From an uncultured Candidatus Saccharibacteria bacterium (GTDB taxonomy: Bacteria; Patescibacteriota; Doudnabacteria; UBA920): a DNA stretch of 57,115 nt. Made by a program: the position numbers and the translations under genes. The notes beneath the pieces are model-generated. The model did no database searches, was not told where the DNA came from, and worked only from the letters and a program-made list of their open reading frames with translations. Numbering within the stretch: the first letter of the stretch is position 1; each line of letters begins with the position of its first letter. The stretch spans positions 1 through 57,115 of the forward strand of contig CAYZEK010000002.1 in the NCBI GenBank assembly GCA_964477805.1, read 5' to 3'. Below, piece after piece: positions 46,550 to 56,407 of the stretch.

Positions 46550-46566
46550 AAACTATTATACCACAT
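46550..46566. repeat. Right copy of the perfect 17-bp direct repeat, aaactattataccacat
   Basis: Identical to 29817-29833; contains the TGGTATAAT element (46555-46563) upstream of ATG 46512. Confidence 0.9.
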
Positions 46567-46691
46567 TCATCCGATTTTAGGCAAAATAAAAAACCCAAGA
46601 CATTTTCTTATCAGATAGGTCATGAAATCTGCTCCGCAAATCCATACCTAATAGTTTCAAAAGAAATAATGTTCTGAGTTTTTAACAATGT

Positions 46692-47972
46692 CTAGTAACC
46701 TTGATAGTCATGCATTGTGAGTTGAGCCTCAACTTGTTTAATAGTTTCAATGACAACGGAAACTACAATCAATAATCCAGTACCGCCCAAAGTTAAAGCC
46801 CGAGTACCAGTCCAAGCTTGCACAATAAACGGTAGCACGGCAATTAGCCCAAGAAATAATGCGCCTGGTAAAGTAATGCGATTTAACACTTTGTGAAGAT
46901 AATTAGCTGTTTGTTGCCCTGGTCGTAGACCTGGAACAAAACCACCGTTGCGTTGCATATTTTCAGAAATATCATCAGGATTAATCACAATATTGGTATA
47001 AAAATAAGCAAATGCAATCACTAAAACAAAGTATACTGCGCCATACCACAAACCTTGAGTGTTAGTAAAATCAATTACTTTTTGAGCCCATTCTGCTAAA
47101 AAAGCTGACTTGGCACTCAAGAAAAATTGAGCAATAATAGCAGGAAATAACATCAACGATAGCGCAAAAATAATTGGGATTACACCTGCCTGATTAAGTC
47201 GCATTGGCAAGAACGAATCAACTCCCCCAACCTGTCTATCCCCACGTTGACGTTTGGCATAGGATACTGGAACATTGCGCTGTGCTTCTGTTACTAACAC
47301 CACCCCTGCCACAACAGCGATAATCGCTGCTGCAAAACCAATGATCATTGGTAGTTTACTTGGATCATAAAGCTGAATCAAAGACTGTATACTACTTGGC
47401 AACTTAGCCACAATACCAGCAAAGATAATCAAAGAAACACCATTGCCAATTCCATATTCAGAAATAATTTCTCCAATCCACATAATCAACAAACTACCAG
47501 CTGTTACTGCTAACAAAGTTAAAAACCACTGGAATGGGCTAAACACTCCTAGAATTTCTGCACCGCCCTGACTTTGTAATAAACGAATGGTCCCAAAACC
47601 AGACAATACTGCCAAAGGAATAGTCATGAATCTGGTATATTGGTTAATTTTGGTACGCCCCGCTTCTCCACTTTCTTTCTGGAGTTCTTTTAAAGACGGA
47701 ACTACCATTACCAACAATTGCATAATGATTGAAGCGGTGATATACGGCCCAACCCCCAGCATCGCTATAGAGAAGTTAGTCAACCCACCTCCAGAAAAAA
47801 CATCTAACAGATTTAAAAACTGGTTAGCTTGAAAGAAGTTTTGTAATCCAGATACATTTATTCCCGGAATTGGTATATGTACCAAAATACGAGTTGCTAC
47901 TAGCAACAATAATACTGCGCCAATTTTCCAGCGAAGGTCTTTAGTTTTCCAAATAAGCGATAATGTATTCAT
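46692..47972 (-). CDS. secY: Preprotein translocase subunit SecY
   Basis: DLRWKIGAVLLLLVATRILVHIPIPGI, GVGPYITASII and 10-TM layout. The track start at 48005 is GTG; the first ATG is at 47972. Confidence 0.93.
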   Translation of the reverse strand: MNTLSLIWKTKDLRWKIGAVLLLLVATRILVHIPIPGINVSGLQNFFQANQFLNLLDVFSGGGLTNFSIAMLGVGPYITASIIMQLLVMVVPSLKELQKESGEAGRTKINQYTRFMTIPLAVLSGFGTIRLLQSQGGAEILGVFSPFQWFLTLLAVTAGSLLIMWIGEIISEYGIGNGVSLIIFAGIVAKLPSSIQSLIQLYDPSKLPMIIGFAAAIIAVVAGVVLVTEAQRNVPVSYAKRQRGDRQVGGVDSFLPMRLNQAGVIPIIFALSLMLFPAIIAQFFLSAKSAFLAEWAQKVIDFTNTQGLWYGAVYFVLVIAFAYFYTNIVINPDDISENMQRNGGFVPGLRPGQQTANYLHKVLNRITLPGALFLGLIAVLPFIVQAWTGTRALTLGGTGLLIVVSVVIETIKQVEAQLTMHDYQGY

Positions 47973-48048
47973 GTGATGTGATTTTATTACAAGTGTATTA
48001 TACACGAAAAAAGCAAAGCGCGCATTTCCGCGCGCCCAATAGCAATCG

Positions 48049-48486
48049 TTATTTTGCTACGCTACCACCAGCTTTTTCAATAGTTGCTTTAGCTGTCCCT
48101 GACACAGGGACTTTGAAAGTTAATTTTGTTGTTAACTTACCCTGCAAAATTTTTACGCGTTTGGAACCAGTTGGCACTAAACCATGGACCCTAAGTGTTG
48201 TCAAAGTGATTTCATCACCATCTTTAAACATGGTGAAAGCATCAAGTTTGATTGAAGTTGCTTTAGCTGTCAAACTCTTAAAACCACGGCGTTTAGGAAG
48301 TTGTCTGATTAAGGGTTGTCGACCACCTTCAAAGCGAGCTGGCATTTTTGAGTGACCAGTACGTTTGGTTTGGCCCTTGTTTCCCCGAGTAGCATAAGTA
48401 CCGTGTCCGCTTCCAAGACCACGACCAACGACCTTGCGACGTTTGGTTGACTTTGGATGTTTTTTAAGTTGATGTAATTTAATCAT
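48049..48486 (-). CDS. rplO: 50S ribosomal protein L15
   Basis: VGRGLGSGHGTYATRGNKGQ. Confidence 0.95.
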   Translation of the reverse strand: MIKLHQLKKHPKSTKRRKVVGRGLGSGHGTYATRGNKGQTKRTGHSKMPARFEGGRQPLIRQLPKRRGFKSLTAKATSIKLDAFTMFKDGDEITLTTLRVHGLVPTGSKRVKILQGKLTTKLTFKVPVSGTAKATIEKAGGSVAK

Positions 48487-48516
48487 ATATAAAAAATTTA
48501 TTATGCTTAGTAAAAA

Positions 48517-49020
48517 CTACTTTCGCGCATTTAGGATTATTTCTTTGCTACGCATTGCTTTAAAAGCTTCAAAAGTTGCACGAACGTTATTAACTTTATT
48601 ATTACTACCAAGCATTTTAGAAATGACATTCTTTACACCAGCCATATCTAAGACAGAACGAACTGCTCCACCCGCAATTACACCTGTACCAGGTCGAGCT
48701 GGCAACATAATAATTTTGGAAGATTTGTACTTTAAATTAATTTCATGGGGAATGGTATCGTTAACCAACGGCAACACGATCATATTCTTCTTAGCTTGGT
48801 TTACAGCTTTGTTTACACTCTCGGCGACATCAACACCTTTTTTTAAACCAATTCCAACCTTACCCTTGTGATCACCAATCACAACAAGGGCACGGAAACG
48901 CATACGCTTACCACCTTTTACCACACGAGTGACACGCTTAACTTCAACCACCTTTTGGTCAAATTCGCGAACCGGACGGTCGCCACGATTATTTGGTTTT
49001 CGAGATTTCTTTTCCATCAT
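48517..49020 (-). CDS. rpsE: 30S ribosomal protein S5
   Basis: VKRVTRVVKGGKRMRFRALVVIGD. Confidence 0.95.
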   Translation of the reverse strand: MMEKKSRKPNNRGDRPVREFDQKVVEVKRVTRVVKGGKRMRFRALVVIGDHKGKVGIGLKKGVDVAESVNKAVNQAKKNMIVLPLVNDTIPHEINLKYKSSKIIMLPARPGTGVIAGGAVRSVLDMAGVKNVISKMLGSNNKVNNVRATFEAFKAMRSKEIILNARK

Positions 49021-49046
49021 AAAGTTATAAATAAGTTAGCGCTCAA

Positions 49047-49406
49047 TTAAAATTCAAGTCCAGAAGCACGAGCTGCTTCTGCCAAAGCTTTGACTCGACC
49101 ATGATAGCGATATCCAGCACGATCAAATACCACCTGACTAATACCTTTTGCCTTTGCCTTCTCAGCGATCATTGCCCCAACCTTTGCCGAAAGATCACTT
49201 TTAGTGGCTTTATCCTTTAACTCCTGGCTAGATGCTGATGCCAAAGTTTTTCCTGCCTTGTCATCTATCACTTGGGCATAAATATGAGTAGTAGAACGAA
49301 ATACCGATAAACGTGGACGGTTAATTTTGCCAACAATAGTCTGCCGGACACGGTTCTGGCGAAGTTTACGCTTGTTTCTTTTAAGTTGTTCTCTGTTAGT
49401 TGTCAT
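49047..49406 (-). CDS. rplR: 50S ribosomal protein L18
   Basis: [36 protein letters not shown]. Confidence 0.95.
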   Translation of the reverse strand: MTTNREQLKRNKRKLRQNRVRQTIVGKINRPRLSVFRSTTHIYAQVIDDKAGKTLASASSQELKDKATKSDLSAKVGAMIAEKAKAKGISQVVFDRAGYRYHGRVKALAEAARASGLEF

Positions 49407-49410
49407 AAAT

Positions 49411-50004
49411 TTACTTTCCTACAGCCTTAACGACTTTACCAGCTTTGCGCAAAATGGTTTCATCGCTGTACTTAATACCTTTACCTTTATAAGGTTCAGG
49501 CTTACGCAGTTCACGAATATTTGCTGACACTTGCCCAACAAGTTGTTTGCTGATACCTGTAATAGTAATAGTTGTTTGATATTGTAAAATTGAAGCTTTT
49601 GATGGATCTTTTTCTACTTTTGCTTCTACCCCAGCTGGGATTTCAAAATCAATCGGATGAGAAAAACCTAAATTCAAAACCAAAGTAGTACCACGAATCT
49701 CCGCTTTAAAACCAACTCCGACAATATCCAACTGTTTTGTATAGCCTGTAGTGACACCGTCAACCATATTTTGCACCAAAGACCGGAATAAACCCCACAA
49801 GGCTTTTTCACGTTTATCTTCTTGCTTCGCAACATCAATGTTAACCTCACCATCATTCACAACAACCAATACCTTCGGATGGATTTCTTGAACAAGCTCA
49901 CCTTTTGGCCCTTTGATCTTTAAAGTCTGACTAAGATTGCCTTTAACAAGCTCGGCGGTTACACCGGCTGGTAATATAACTGGTTTTTTTCCAATACGAC
50001 TCAT
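49411..50004 (-). CDS. rplF: 50S ribosomal protein L6
   Basis: MSRIGKKPV start; the track start at 50052 would overlap rpsH. Confidence 0.93.
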   Translation of the reverse strand: MSRIGKKPVILPAGVTAELVKGNLSQTLKIKGPKGELVQEIHPKVLVVVNDGEVNIDVAKQEDKREKALWGLFRSLVQNMVDGVTTGYTKQLDIVGVGFKAEIRGTTLVLNLGFSHPIDFEIPAGVEAKVEKDPSKASILQYQTTITITGISKQLVGQVSANIRELRKPEPYKGKGIKYSDETILRKAGKVVKAVGK

Positions 50005-50020
50005 ATATTTATTATTACGG

Positions 50021-50413
50021 TTACCAAATTTGGCAAACCACCTCTCCGCCAACCCTATCTTTACGAGCTTGCTTATCTGTTAAAAGACCGCGCGAAGTCG
50101 ACACTACTGTCACGCCATACCCGCCATTAGTACGAGGGATTTTTTGCACGGGCAAATAAATACGCTGTCCTGGCGTAGAAATTCGCTTAATCCCTGTGAT
50201 TACTGGGGCACCTGAATTATCATATTTCAAATTTATTTGTAAAGATTTAACTCGGCCTGGCAATTCATTAACACCATTGATAAAACCTTCTGCTAAAAGT
50301 ACGTTTGCTAAGCTGTGCTTAAACTTGGAATATGGCATTACTAACTCACCCTTGCTGCTAGCTAGGGCATTGCGAATGCGAGTTAACATGTCTGAAATTG
50401 GGTCTGTATACAT
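50021..50413 (-). CDS. rpsH: 30S ribosomal protein S8
   Basis: DPISDMLTRIRNA. Confidence 0.95.
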   Translation of the reverse strand: MYTDPISDMLTRIRNALASSKGELVMPYSKFKHSLANVLLAEGFINGVNELPGRVKSLQINLKYDNSGAPVITGIKRISTPGQRIYLPVQKIPRTNGGYGVTVVSTSRGLLTDKQARKDRVGGEVVCQIW

Positions 50414-50429
50414 ATCGTTTAAATTAGTC

Positions 50430-50624
50430 TTACCACGAAGCCTTTACTACTCCAGGAATCTCGCCACGGCTGGCCAATTCCCGGAAGCAAATACGGCAAA
50501 TGGAAAAATCTCTCATGAAGCCAGCTTTACGCCCACACTTCCAACAACGTCGAATTACCCGAGTTGAGTACTTCGGTTTCACCAAACTTCTATTTGCTTT
50601 TGCGATTAGAGATTTCTTTGCCAT
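50430..50624 (-). CDS. rpsZ: 30S ribosomal protein S14, zinc-binding type Z
   Basis: 64 aa; CWKCG....CRIC; ends GVVKASW. Confidence 0.93.
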   Translation of the reverse strand: MAKKSLIAKANRSLVKPKYSTRVIRRCWKCGRKAGFMRDFSICRICFRELASRGEIPGVVKASW

Positions 50625-50629
50625 GTGAG

Positions 50630-51187
50630 TTAATTAGTTTTTTCTACTTCCTTAATAAACGGAAAGTTCATTGCTGTTAAGAGAGCTCGAGCCGGCTCAT
50701 CTTTCCCTGCATTCGTAACTATTGATACCTGTAGTCCAAAAATGTGTTCTAGTGCCTCATTAGAGATTTCTGGGAATACAATGTGTTCCTTTAATCCCAG
50801 ATGGTAGTTACCCCGACCGTCGAATCCTTTTGGATTCACTCCGCGGAAATCCTTCACACGGGGCAATGCGATACTAATGAGCTTATCGAGAAAATCATAC
50901 ATGCGTTGACCTCGGAGAGTAATTGCCATACCAATCACCTGTTGCTCCCGAATTTTAAAGCCAGCTACAGATTTACGAGCCTTTGTTTCCACTGGGGCTT
51001 GTCCAGCAATAGCAGAGAGATCACGCTTAATGCTCTCGACAAATTTGGAATCTTTTAGATATTTTCCAATACCAACATTAATCATAACCTTCTGAATTTT
51101 TGGTACTTCCATATTATTGGAATAACCAAAATCCTTCTTCAGCTGAGGGACAATCTTGTTATTATATTGTTCTAGTAAACGGTTCAT
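50630..51187 (-). CDS. rplE: 50S ribosomal protein L5
   Basis: Position in the operon and the [18 protein letters not shown] motifs. Confidence 0.95.
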   Translation of the reverse strand: MNRLLEQYNNKIVPQLKKDFGYSNNMEVPKIQKVMINVGIGKYLKDSKFVESIKRDLSAIAGQAPVETKARKSVAGFKIREQQVIGMAITLRGQRMYDFLDKLISIALPRVKDFRGVNPKGFDGRGNYHLGLKEHIVFPEISNEALEHIFGLQVSIVTNAGKDEPARALLTAMNFPFIKEVEKTN

Positions 51188-51224
51188 AAGCTTAAATTAA
51201 ATTTCTCAATAAATACAACTTTGT

Positions 51225-51548
51225 CTATACAGCTTTATCACTTTTCTTTGCTATTCGTTGCTTGGTTCCATCGTTCAAAATCTGATAACTGATCCGGCTT
51301 GGTCTGCCAGAATTAGTATCTATTAACATCACTTTAGAAACTGGTAAGGCTGCCGCGAACACAACTTTCTGTCCAGGCTGACCAGCACTCTTGCTACGGG
51401 CGAACTTAGTATGCATATTGACATTATCAACCACAACTTTTCCTTCAGAAGGAATAGCGCGAATGACAGTCCCTGTTTTTCCCTTATCCTTACCAGACAA
51501 GATTTTCACAGAATCGCCTTTTTTAATTTTCATCTTTGGATTAGACAT
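51225..51548 (-). CDS. rplX: 50S ribosomal protein L24
   Basis: IKKGDSVKILSGKDKGKTG (KOW motif). Confidence 0.95.
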   Translation of the reverse strand: MSNPKMKIKKGDSVKILSGKDKGKTGTVIRAIPSEGKVVVDNVNMHTKFARSKSAGQPGQKVVFAAALPVSKVMLIDTNSGRPSRISYQILNDGTKQRIAKKSDKAV

Positions 51549-51580
51549 AAATATACAATTAGTGCTGTTAAATAATGGTT

Positions 51581-51952
51581 TTAAATGACTTCAGGAGCCA
51601 TGGATACAATTTTGTTGTAACCTTTATCACGAATCTCACGAGCAATCGGTCCAAAAATACGAGTTCCCTTTGGTTCACCTTTTTCCTTGTCAACCAGAAC
51701 GCCTGCATTTTCATCAAAACGAATATAAGAACCATCTTTGCGACGAATTTCTTTCTTTGTCCTAACAATCAACGCATAAACTTTATCACCTTTTTTAACC
51801 TGGCCACCAGGGGAAGCCTGACGAACTGATCCAGCCACAATGTCACCAACGCCAGCAAAACGACGAGCATTCTTCCCGTTCACACTGAAAACGTTGACGA
51901 TTTTAGCGCCAGTGTTGTCTGCGATTTTGATTAAGGATCGTACTTGTAACAT
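51581..51952 (-). CDS. rplN: 50S ribosomal protein L14
   Basis: [17 protein letters not shown]. Confidence 0.96.
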   Translation of the reverse strand: MLQVRSLIKIADNTGAKIVNVFSVNGKNARRFAGVGDIVAGSVRQASPGGQVKKGDKVYALIVRTKKEIRRKDGSYIRFDENAGVLVDKEKGEPKGTRIFGPIAREIRDKGYNKIVSMAPEVI

Positions 51953-51970
51953 ACAGGTTAAAAAAGATGA

Positions 51971-52216
51971 TTAATTAATTTTGATGACAGTAAACTTTTT
52001 ATCTTTTGAGATAGGACGAGATGATTCAATAACTACTTTATCACCAATCTGGCAAGTATTCTCAGCATCGTGAGCTTTGTACTTCAAAGACTTAGTATAA
52101 CTCTTGTGATACTTAGGATGACGCATACGCACGTCCACCTTGACCACAACAGTCTTGTCCATCTTATTTGAAACAACCGTGCCGGTCATTTGTTGTTTTG
52201 TAGACTTCTTTTCCAT
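51971..52216 (-). CDS. rpsQ: 30S ribosomal protein S17
   Basis: GTVVSNKMDKTVVVKV. Confidence 0.95.
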   Translation of the reverse strand: MEKKSTKQQMTGTVVSNKMDKTVVVKVDVRMRHPKYHKSYTKSLKYKAHDAENTCQIGDKVVIESSRPISKDKKFTVIKIN

Positions 52217-52225
52217 AAATATAAG

Positions 52226-52408
52226 TTAGTTAGCTCGAAGATAAGTTAAGATACGAGCAATATCCTTTCGTACAGTAGCCAGTTCATGAATATTTTTAGT
52301 CTGGCGAAGCTTTGTCTTAATACGAAGCTCTCGAACTTTATCTTGCATTTCCTGCAACTCCTTGCGTAGCTGGTCTGCTGATTTAGTTGATAATTCTTTG
52401 TACTTCAT
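52226..52408 (-). CDS. rpmC: 50S ribosomal protein L29
   Basis: 60 aa, helical, operon position between L16 and S17. Confidence 0.9.
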   Translation of the reverse strand: MKYKELSTKSADQLRKELQEMQDKVRELRIKTKLRQTKNIHELATVRKDIARILTYLRAN

Positions 52409-52418
52409 GAGAGTGTTA

Positions 52419-52826
52419 TTATTCTTTAATCAGAAACTTGGTCTTCACTGGTAATTTGTGAGCTGCCAGTCGCATAGCTTCACGGGCCTGTGCTTCGGTG
52501 ACTCCATCCATTTCATACAAAATACGACCTTTTTTAACTACAGCCACAAAATGAGATACAGCACCTTTACCACTACCCATCACAGATTCATTACCATGAT
52601 CTGTCATTGGCTTATCAGGAAAGATGCGAATCCAAATCTTACCACCACGATTAATAGACCGAGTCATCGCACGACGAGCAGATTCTATCTGACGCGCCGT
52701 CACAAATGAACCCTCAAGCGCTTTAAGTGCAAAAGATCCGAATGCGATAAAGTTTCCAGAAGTTGCTTTACCTTTATTATGACCACGATGGTGTTTGCGG
52801 TGTTTAACTTTCTTAGGAATTAACAT
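52419..52826 (-). CDS. rplP: 50S ribosomal protein L16
   Basis: [27 protein letters not shown]. Confidence 0.96.
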   Translation of the reverse strand: MLIPKKVKHRKHHRGHNKGKATSGNFIAFGSFALKALEGSFVTARQIESARRAMTRSINRGGKIWIRIFPDKPMTDHGNESVMGSGKGAVSHFVAVVKKGRILYEMDGVTEAQAREAMRLAAHKLPVKTKFLIKE

Positions 52827-52832
52827 AAATAA

Positions 52833-53483
52833 CTAGTTAGCTTGTTTCTTTTCAAAAATATCGCCCTTGTAAATCCAGACCTTGATACCAATAGTGCCAT
52901 AAGTTGTGTGGGCAGTTGCTTGGGCGTAGTCAATATTAGCACGTAATGTATGTAACGGGATTTTACCAGCAGATAGATGTTCAGAGCGAGCGATTTCTGC
53001 CCCATTTAGACGACCACCAATAGTTACTTTTACGCCTTTCGCACCAGCTTGCATCACAGCTTCTAGCGTTTGCTTCATCAAACGACGGAATGCAACACGC
53101 TTCTCAATTTGTTCCGCAATATTGTTTGCAATGACTTGAGAATGTAAATTAACATCAGCGACTGGTTCAATATTAACGCGGATTTCTTTTTTGATACCAA
53201 GTTTGGTCTTCAACTTCTTCTTCAATTCTTCAATACCAGCTCCACCTTTACCAATCACCATACCAGATTTTGCAGTCCAAACTATAACGGTAATAGTACC
53301 GTCGCCTTTTCGCTCAATATCAATACGAGACAAACCTGCTTTACGAAGATGAGTTTCTAGATATTCGCGAATACGTACGTCTTCCCGAAGAAGTTCTACA
53401 TAATTGCTCTTAGAAAACCACTTGGACTTCCAGGTGTCTGTAATCTTGAGGCGGAATGAAGTTGGATTGATCTTATTTCCCAT
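52833..53483 (-). CDS. rpsC: 30S ribosomal protein S3
   Basis: MGNKINPTSFRL; KH-domain GKGGAGIE. Confidence 0.96.
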   Translation of the reverse strand: MGNKINPTSFRLKITDTWKSKWFSKSNYVELLREDVRIREYLETHLRKAGLSRIDIERKGDGTITVIVWTAKSGMVIGKGGAGIEELKKKLKTKLGIKKEIRVNIEPVADVNLHSQVIANNIAEQIEKRVAFRRLMKQTLEAVMQAGAKGVKVTIGGRLNGAEIARSEHLSAGKIPLHTLRANIDYAQATAHTTYGTIGIKVWIYKGDIFEKKQAN

Positions 53484-53492
53484 GGTTAGTAA

Positions 53493-54083
53493 TTATTTGC
53501 GTAAATTCTGCGGACTGGTTTTTTCATCAACCAAATCGCTATTATTTTCATTATGAATTTCTTTAACATCACTCTCTACTACTGGAGGAGTCATAACTGA
53601 TTCATCCATAGGCATATCTGTTTTAGACTCAACAGCTTTCGGTTTAGGCTTGACTGCTTTCGGCACTATTGGAGTTTTCTTCTTCTTCACCTTAACAGCT
53701 CGTTCTTCCAAAACTACATTAACGTGACTCATTTTGCGACGAATCATGAAGGCGCTCCCCCGAGCACGCGGGAAAGAACGTTGTAACACCGGCCCCATAT
53801 CGCAAGTAATCGTTTTAATGAACAAACCATCACGATTTAAAGAAAAATTATTCTCAGCATTTGCTGCTGCTGATTGTAATAACTTTTGTAACATCTTTGC
53901 ACCCTTTTTGTTGGTAAACTGCAACTGAGTCATGGCCTCATTCAAGCGCATATTCTTCACCAAGTTTGTTACCAATCGCATTTTACGAGGAGCAATCCGA
54001 AGACTACGAGCATGAGCGCGTACCAAAGGCTTAACTTCTGTATCAGTTTTAGCAGTATTCAATTTTTTGACTTTCTCAGCCAT
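53493..54083 (-). CDS. rplV: 50S ribosomal protein L22 with long N- and C-terminal extensions
   Basis: Core RIAPRKMRLVTNLVKN; 196 aa versus about 110-120 typical; Lys/Pro-rich then acidic tail. Confidence 0.93.
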   Translation of the reverse strand: MAEKVKKLNTAKTDTEVKPLVRAHARSLRIAPRKMRLVTNLVKNMRLNEAMTQLQFTNKKGAKMLQKLLQSAAANAENNFSLNRDGLFIKTITCDMGPVLQRSFPRARGSAFMIRRKMSHVNVVLEERAVKVKKKKTPIVPKAVKPKPKAVESKTDMPMDESVMTPPVVESDVKEIHNENNSDLVDEKTSPQNLRK

Positions 54084-54110
54084 AAATTAGTGCTTATTCT
54101 TTAAATTAAA

Positions 54111-54431
54111 TTATTTCTTCTTTGCCGGAGGGGCTGCTGGCTTAGAGCTTGCTTGAGCTGCCGCAGCTTCTGCTTTCGCGATCTTACCACCATGACGGAT
54201 AAACTTGCGAGTTGGCGCGAACTCTCCCAACTTGTGGCCGACCATTCCTTCGGTGACAAATACTTCAAGATGCTGACGACCATTGTGAACCATGAATGTA
54301 TATCCCACCATTTCTGGGCCGATGGCACAAGCTCTTGACCAAGTTTTGATTTTGTCGCCTGGCTTACCAGCCAAAACCTTCTTCATCAATCTTGGATCTA
54401 TATATGGACCTTTTTTTAAACTTCTAGACAT
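54111..54431 (-). CDS. rpsS: 30S ribosomal protein S19 with Ala/Lys-rich C-terminal tail
   Basis: [18 protein letters not shown]. Confidence 0.95.
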   Translation of the reverse strand: MSRSLKKGPYIDPRLMKKVLAGKPGDKIKTWSRACAIGPEMVGYTFMVHNGRQHLEVFVTEGMVGHKLGEFAPTRKFIRHGGKIAKAEAAAAQASSKPAAPPAKKK

Positions 54432-54460
54432 AATAATTATTTCACTACTTGTTGTTCGCG

Positions 54461-55303
54461 CTATTTCTTCTGACGGCGCTTAACTATAAACTTACCGCTT
54501 GGCTTTTTCTTATCACGAGTGCGGACACCCATTGCATGTCGTCCCCACGGGGTTTTCGGATACTTCATACCAATTGAGTTACTACCCTCACCACCACCAT
54601 GCGGGTGATCAACTGGGTTCATAACCTTACCGCGCACTTGTGGTCTCCAACCCATATGGCGTTTACGACCAGCCTTACCAATACGGACATTCATCCAATC
54701 CTGATTTGAAATTCGCCCGACAGTAGCAGTACATGTTTCACGTACTTTACGAATTTCACCAGATGGCATCTTTAACAACGCATAACCATTCTCAACGTTT
54801 TGTAATAATAGAGAACTACCAGCGCTACGAGCGATTTTCCCACCATGTCCAGGGATTAGTTCTACATCATGGACATCAGTTCCGATTGGAATCGCTGACA
54901 TTGGCAAACGATTACCAGGATGAATTTCTGCTTTCTCACTAAACATCACTGTAGCACCTACTTTAATCCCTTGAGGAGTTAAGATAAAACGCTTGACCCC
55001 ATCTTTATAAGCAATTAAGGAAATAAATGCTGTGCGGGTTGGGTCATACTCTATTGTTTTTACCATTCCAGGAATATCTTTGCGATCCACACGAGAAAAA
55101 TCCACAACACGAAGCTTCTTTTTTGCTCCACCACCTTGATGGCGAACAGTAATTTTACCAGTGTTATTGCGACCAGCCTGCTTGCCCTTAGAGATAATTA
55201 AACCCTTTGGAGTTTTCTCATCCTTTTGGAGTAGTTCCGCGTAATTGATCACGCTAGCAAAGCGACGTCCTGGAGTTGTTGGTTTGTAAAGTTTAACTGC
55301 CAT
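54461..55303 (-). CDS. rplB: 50S ribosomal protein L2
   Basis: [26 protein letters not shown]. Confidence 0.97.
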   Translation of the reverse strand: MAVKLYKPTTPGRRFASVINYAELLQKDEKTPKGLIISKGKQAGRNNTGKITVRHQGGGAKKKLRVVDFSRVDRKDIPGMVKTIEYDPTRTAFISLIAYKDGVKRFILTPQGIKVGATVMFSEKAEIHPGNRLPMSAIPIGTDVHDVELIPGHGGKIARSAGSSLLLQNVENGYALLKMPSGEIRKVRETCTATVGRISNQDWMNVRIGKAGRKRHMGWRPQVRGKVMNPVDHPHGGGEGSNSIGMKYPKTPWGRHAMGVRTRDKKKPSGKFIVKRRQKK

Positions 55304-55312
55304 ATATATAGA

Positions 55313-55717
55313 TTAACTTGGTTCTACTAAATCAATTTTCTTACTTCCAGGGGCTAAAGTGATAATTGCTTTTTTATACGCCTGAGTAACACCAGTGCGA
55401 CGACCAAAACGACGGGTTTTACCATCCATAGTAATCATGTTTACTCGATCAATTTTAACGCCATACTGAGCTTCAATATTCTTGCGAACTTCAATTTTGT
55501 TGGATTTACCAAAAATTGTAAAAATATATTTGTTGAGTTCGTTCATCTTACCAGCCTTCTCAGAAATTCTAGGCACCACTAAACTGCGAGAGCTTACAGC
55601 ATCTAGCTTTATATTTGCAGGAGTAACTTCTGCTACAACAACATCAGTGGTTGAGGCGGTTGTCTTTGCAGTTGCTGCTTCTTTTTCTGTATTCTCTTTT
55701 TTAGAAAATAAGGCCAT
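55313..55717 (-). CDS. rplW: 50S ribosomal protein L23 with an N-terminal extension of about 35 aa
   Basis: VVPRISEKA core; operon position. Confidence 0.9.
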   Translation of the reverse strand: MALFSKKENTEKEAATAKTTASTTDVVVAEVTPANIKLDAVSSRSLVVPRISEKAGKMNELNKYIFTIFGKSNKIEVRKNIEAQYGVKIDRVNMITMDGKTRRFGRRTGVTQAYKKAIITLAPGSKKIDLVEPS

Positions 55718-55720
55718 ATA

Positions 55721-56374
55721 TTATTTAGTGAGTGTCTTAGTAGTTTTTAAATAAGTTTTCTCAATAACATTCAAACTATCCTTCAAAATTAACATGGTAT
55801 CCGCTTTTAAGACATCAGTGACATTTAAACTTGTTGCCAATGCAGAAGTTAAATGTGGAATGTTACGAGAAGCGCGGTCTAAATGAGCATCTTTCTTTGG
55901 CAAGACAAACATTTGCTTCTTACCAAGTTGGGCTTTAAAAGACTTCATAATTTGCACAAATTCTTTAGTCTTGCCTGCCTCTAAATTCATTTCATCAATT
56001 ACAATTAACTTACCATCAACTGCTTTATCAGAAAGGGACATAAATAAGGCTTTAGTTTTTGCCTTCTTGTTAATCTTCAAAGACCAGTTCCGATCAGAAG
56101 TGGGACCAAAAGTAATACCACCATGACGCCAAATCGGACTACGAATAGAGCCAACACGGGCACGACCAGTTCCTTTTTGCTTCCAAGGCTTCTTACCACC
56201 ACCACTCACCTCTCCACGAGTTTTGGTATTAGCCAAACCCTTACGAGCATTAGCCGCTTGAATACGCACTGCTTCAGCCAGTAAATGATGAGATGACTTT
56301 ATACCGAATATCTTCTCATTCAGTTCAATTTCACCTACTACTTCAGCTTTTTGATTGTATACAGAGATTTTCAT
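55721..56374 (-). CDS. rplD: 50S ribosomal protein L4
   Basis: GGGKKPWKQKGTGRAR. Confidence 0.96.
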   Translation of the reverse strand: MKISVYNQKAEVVGEIELNEKIFGIKSSHHLLAEAVRIQAANARKGLANTKTRGEVSGGGKKPWKQKGTGRARVGSIRSPIWRHGGITFGPTSDRNWSLKINKKAKTKALFMSLSDKAVDGKLIVIDEMNLEAGKTKEFVQIMKSFKAQLGKKQMFVLPKKDAHLDRASRNIPHLTSALATSLNVTDVLKADTMLILKDSLNVIEKTYLKTTKTLTK

Positions 56375-56407
56375 GTCTTGAGACTAAAAATTATTGCTTC
56401 TTACTAT

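Noticed and set aside
29817-46566. Calling the repeat-bounded block a mobile element (ICE, prophage or transposon)
   Set aside because: I could recognise no integrase, recombinase, transposase, relaxase, capsid or terminase motifs, and the flanks are not a tRNA. It is therefore reported as an accessory block with a direct repeat, not annotated as a mobile element.
46567-46691. Intrinsic terminator downstream of secY
   Set aside because: A T-run (minus strand gggttttttatttt) is present, but I could not find a convincing upstream stem. It is left unannotated.
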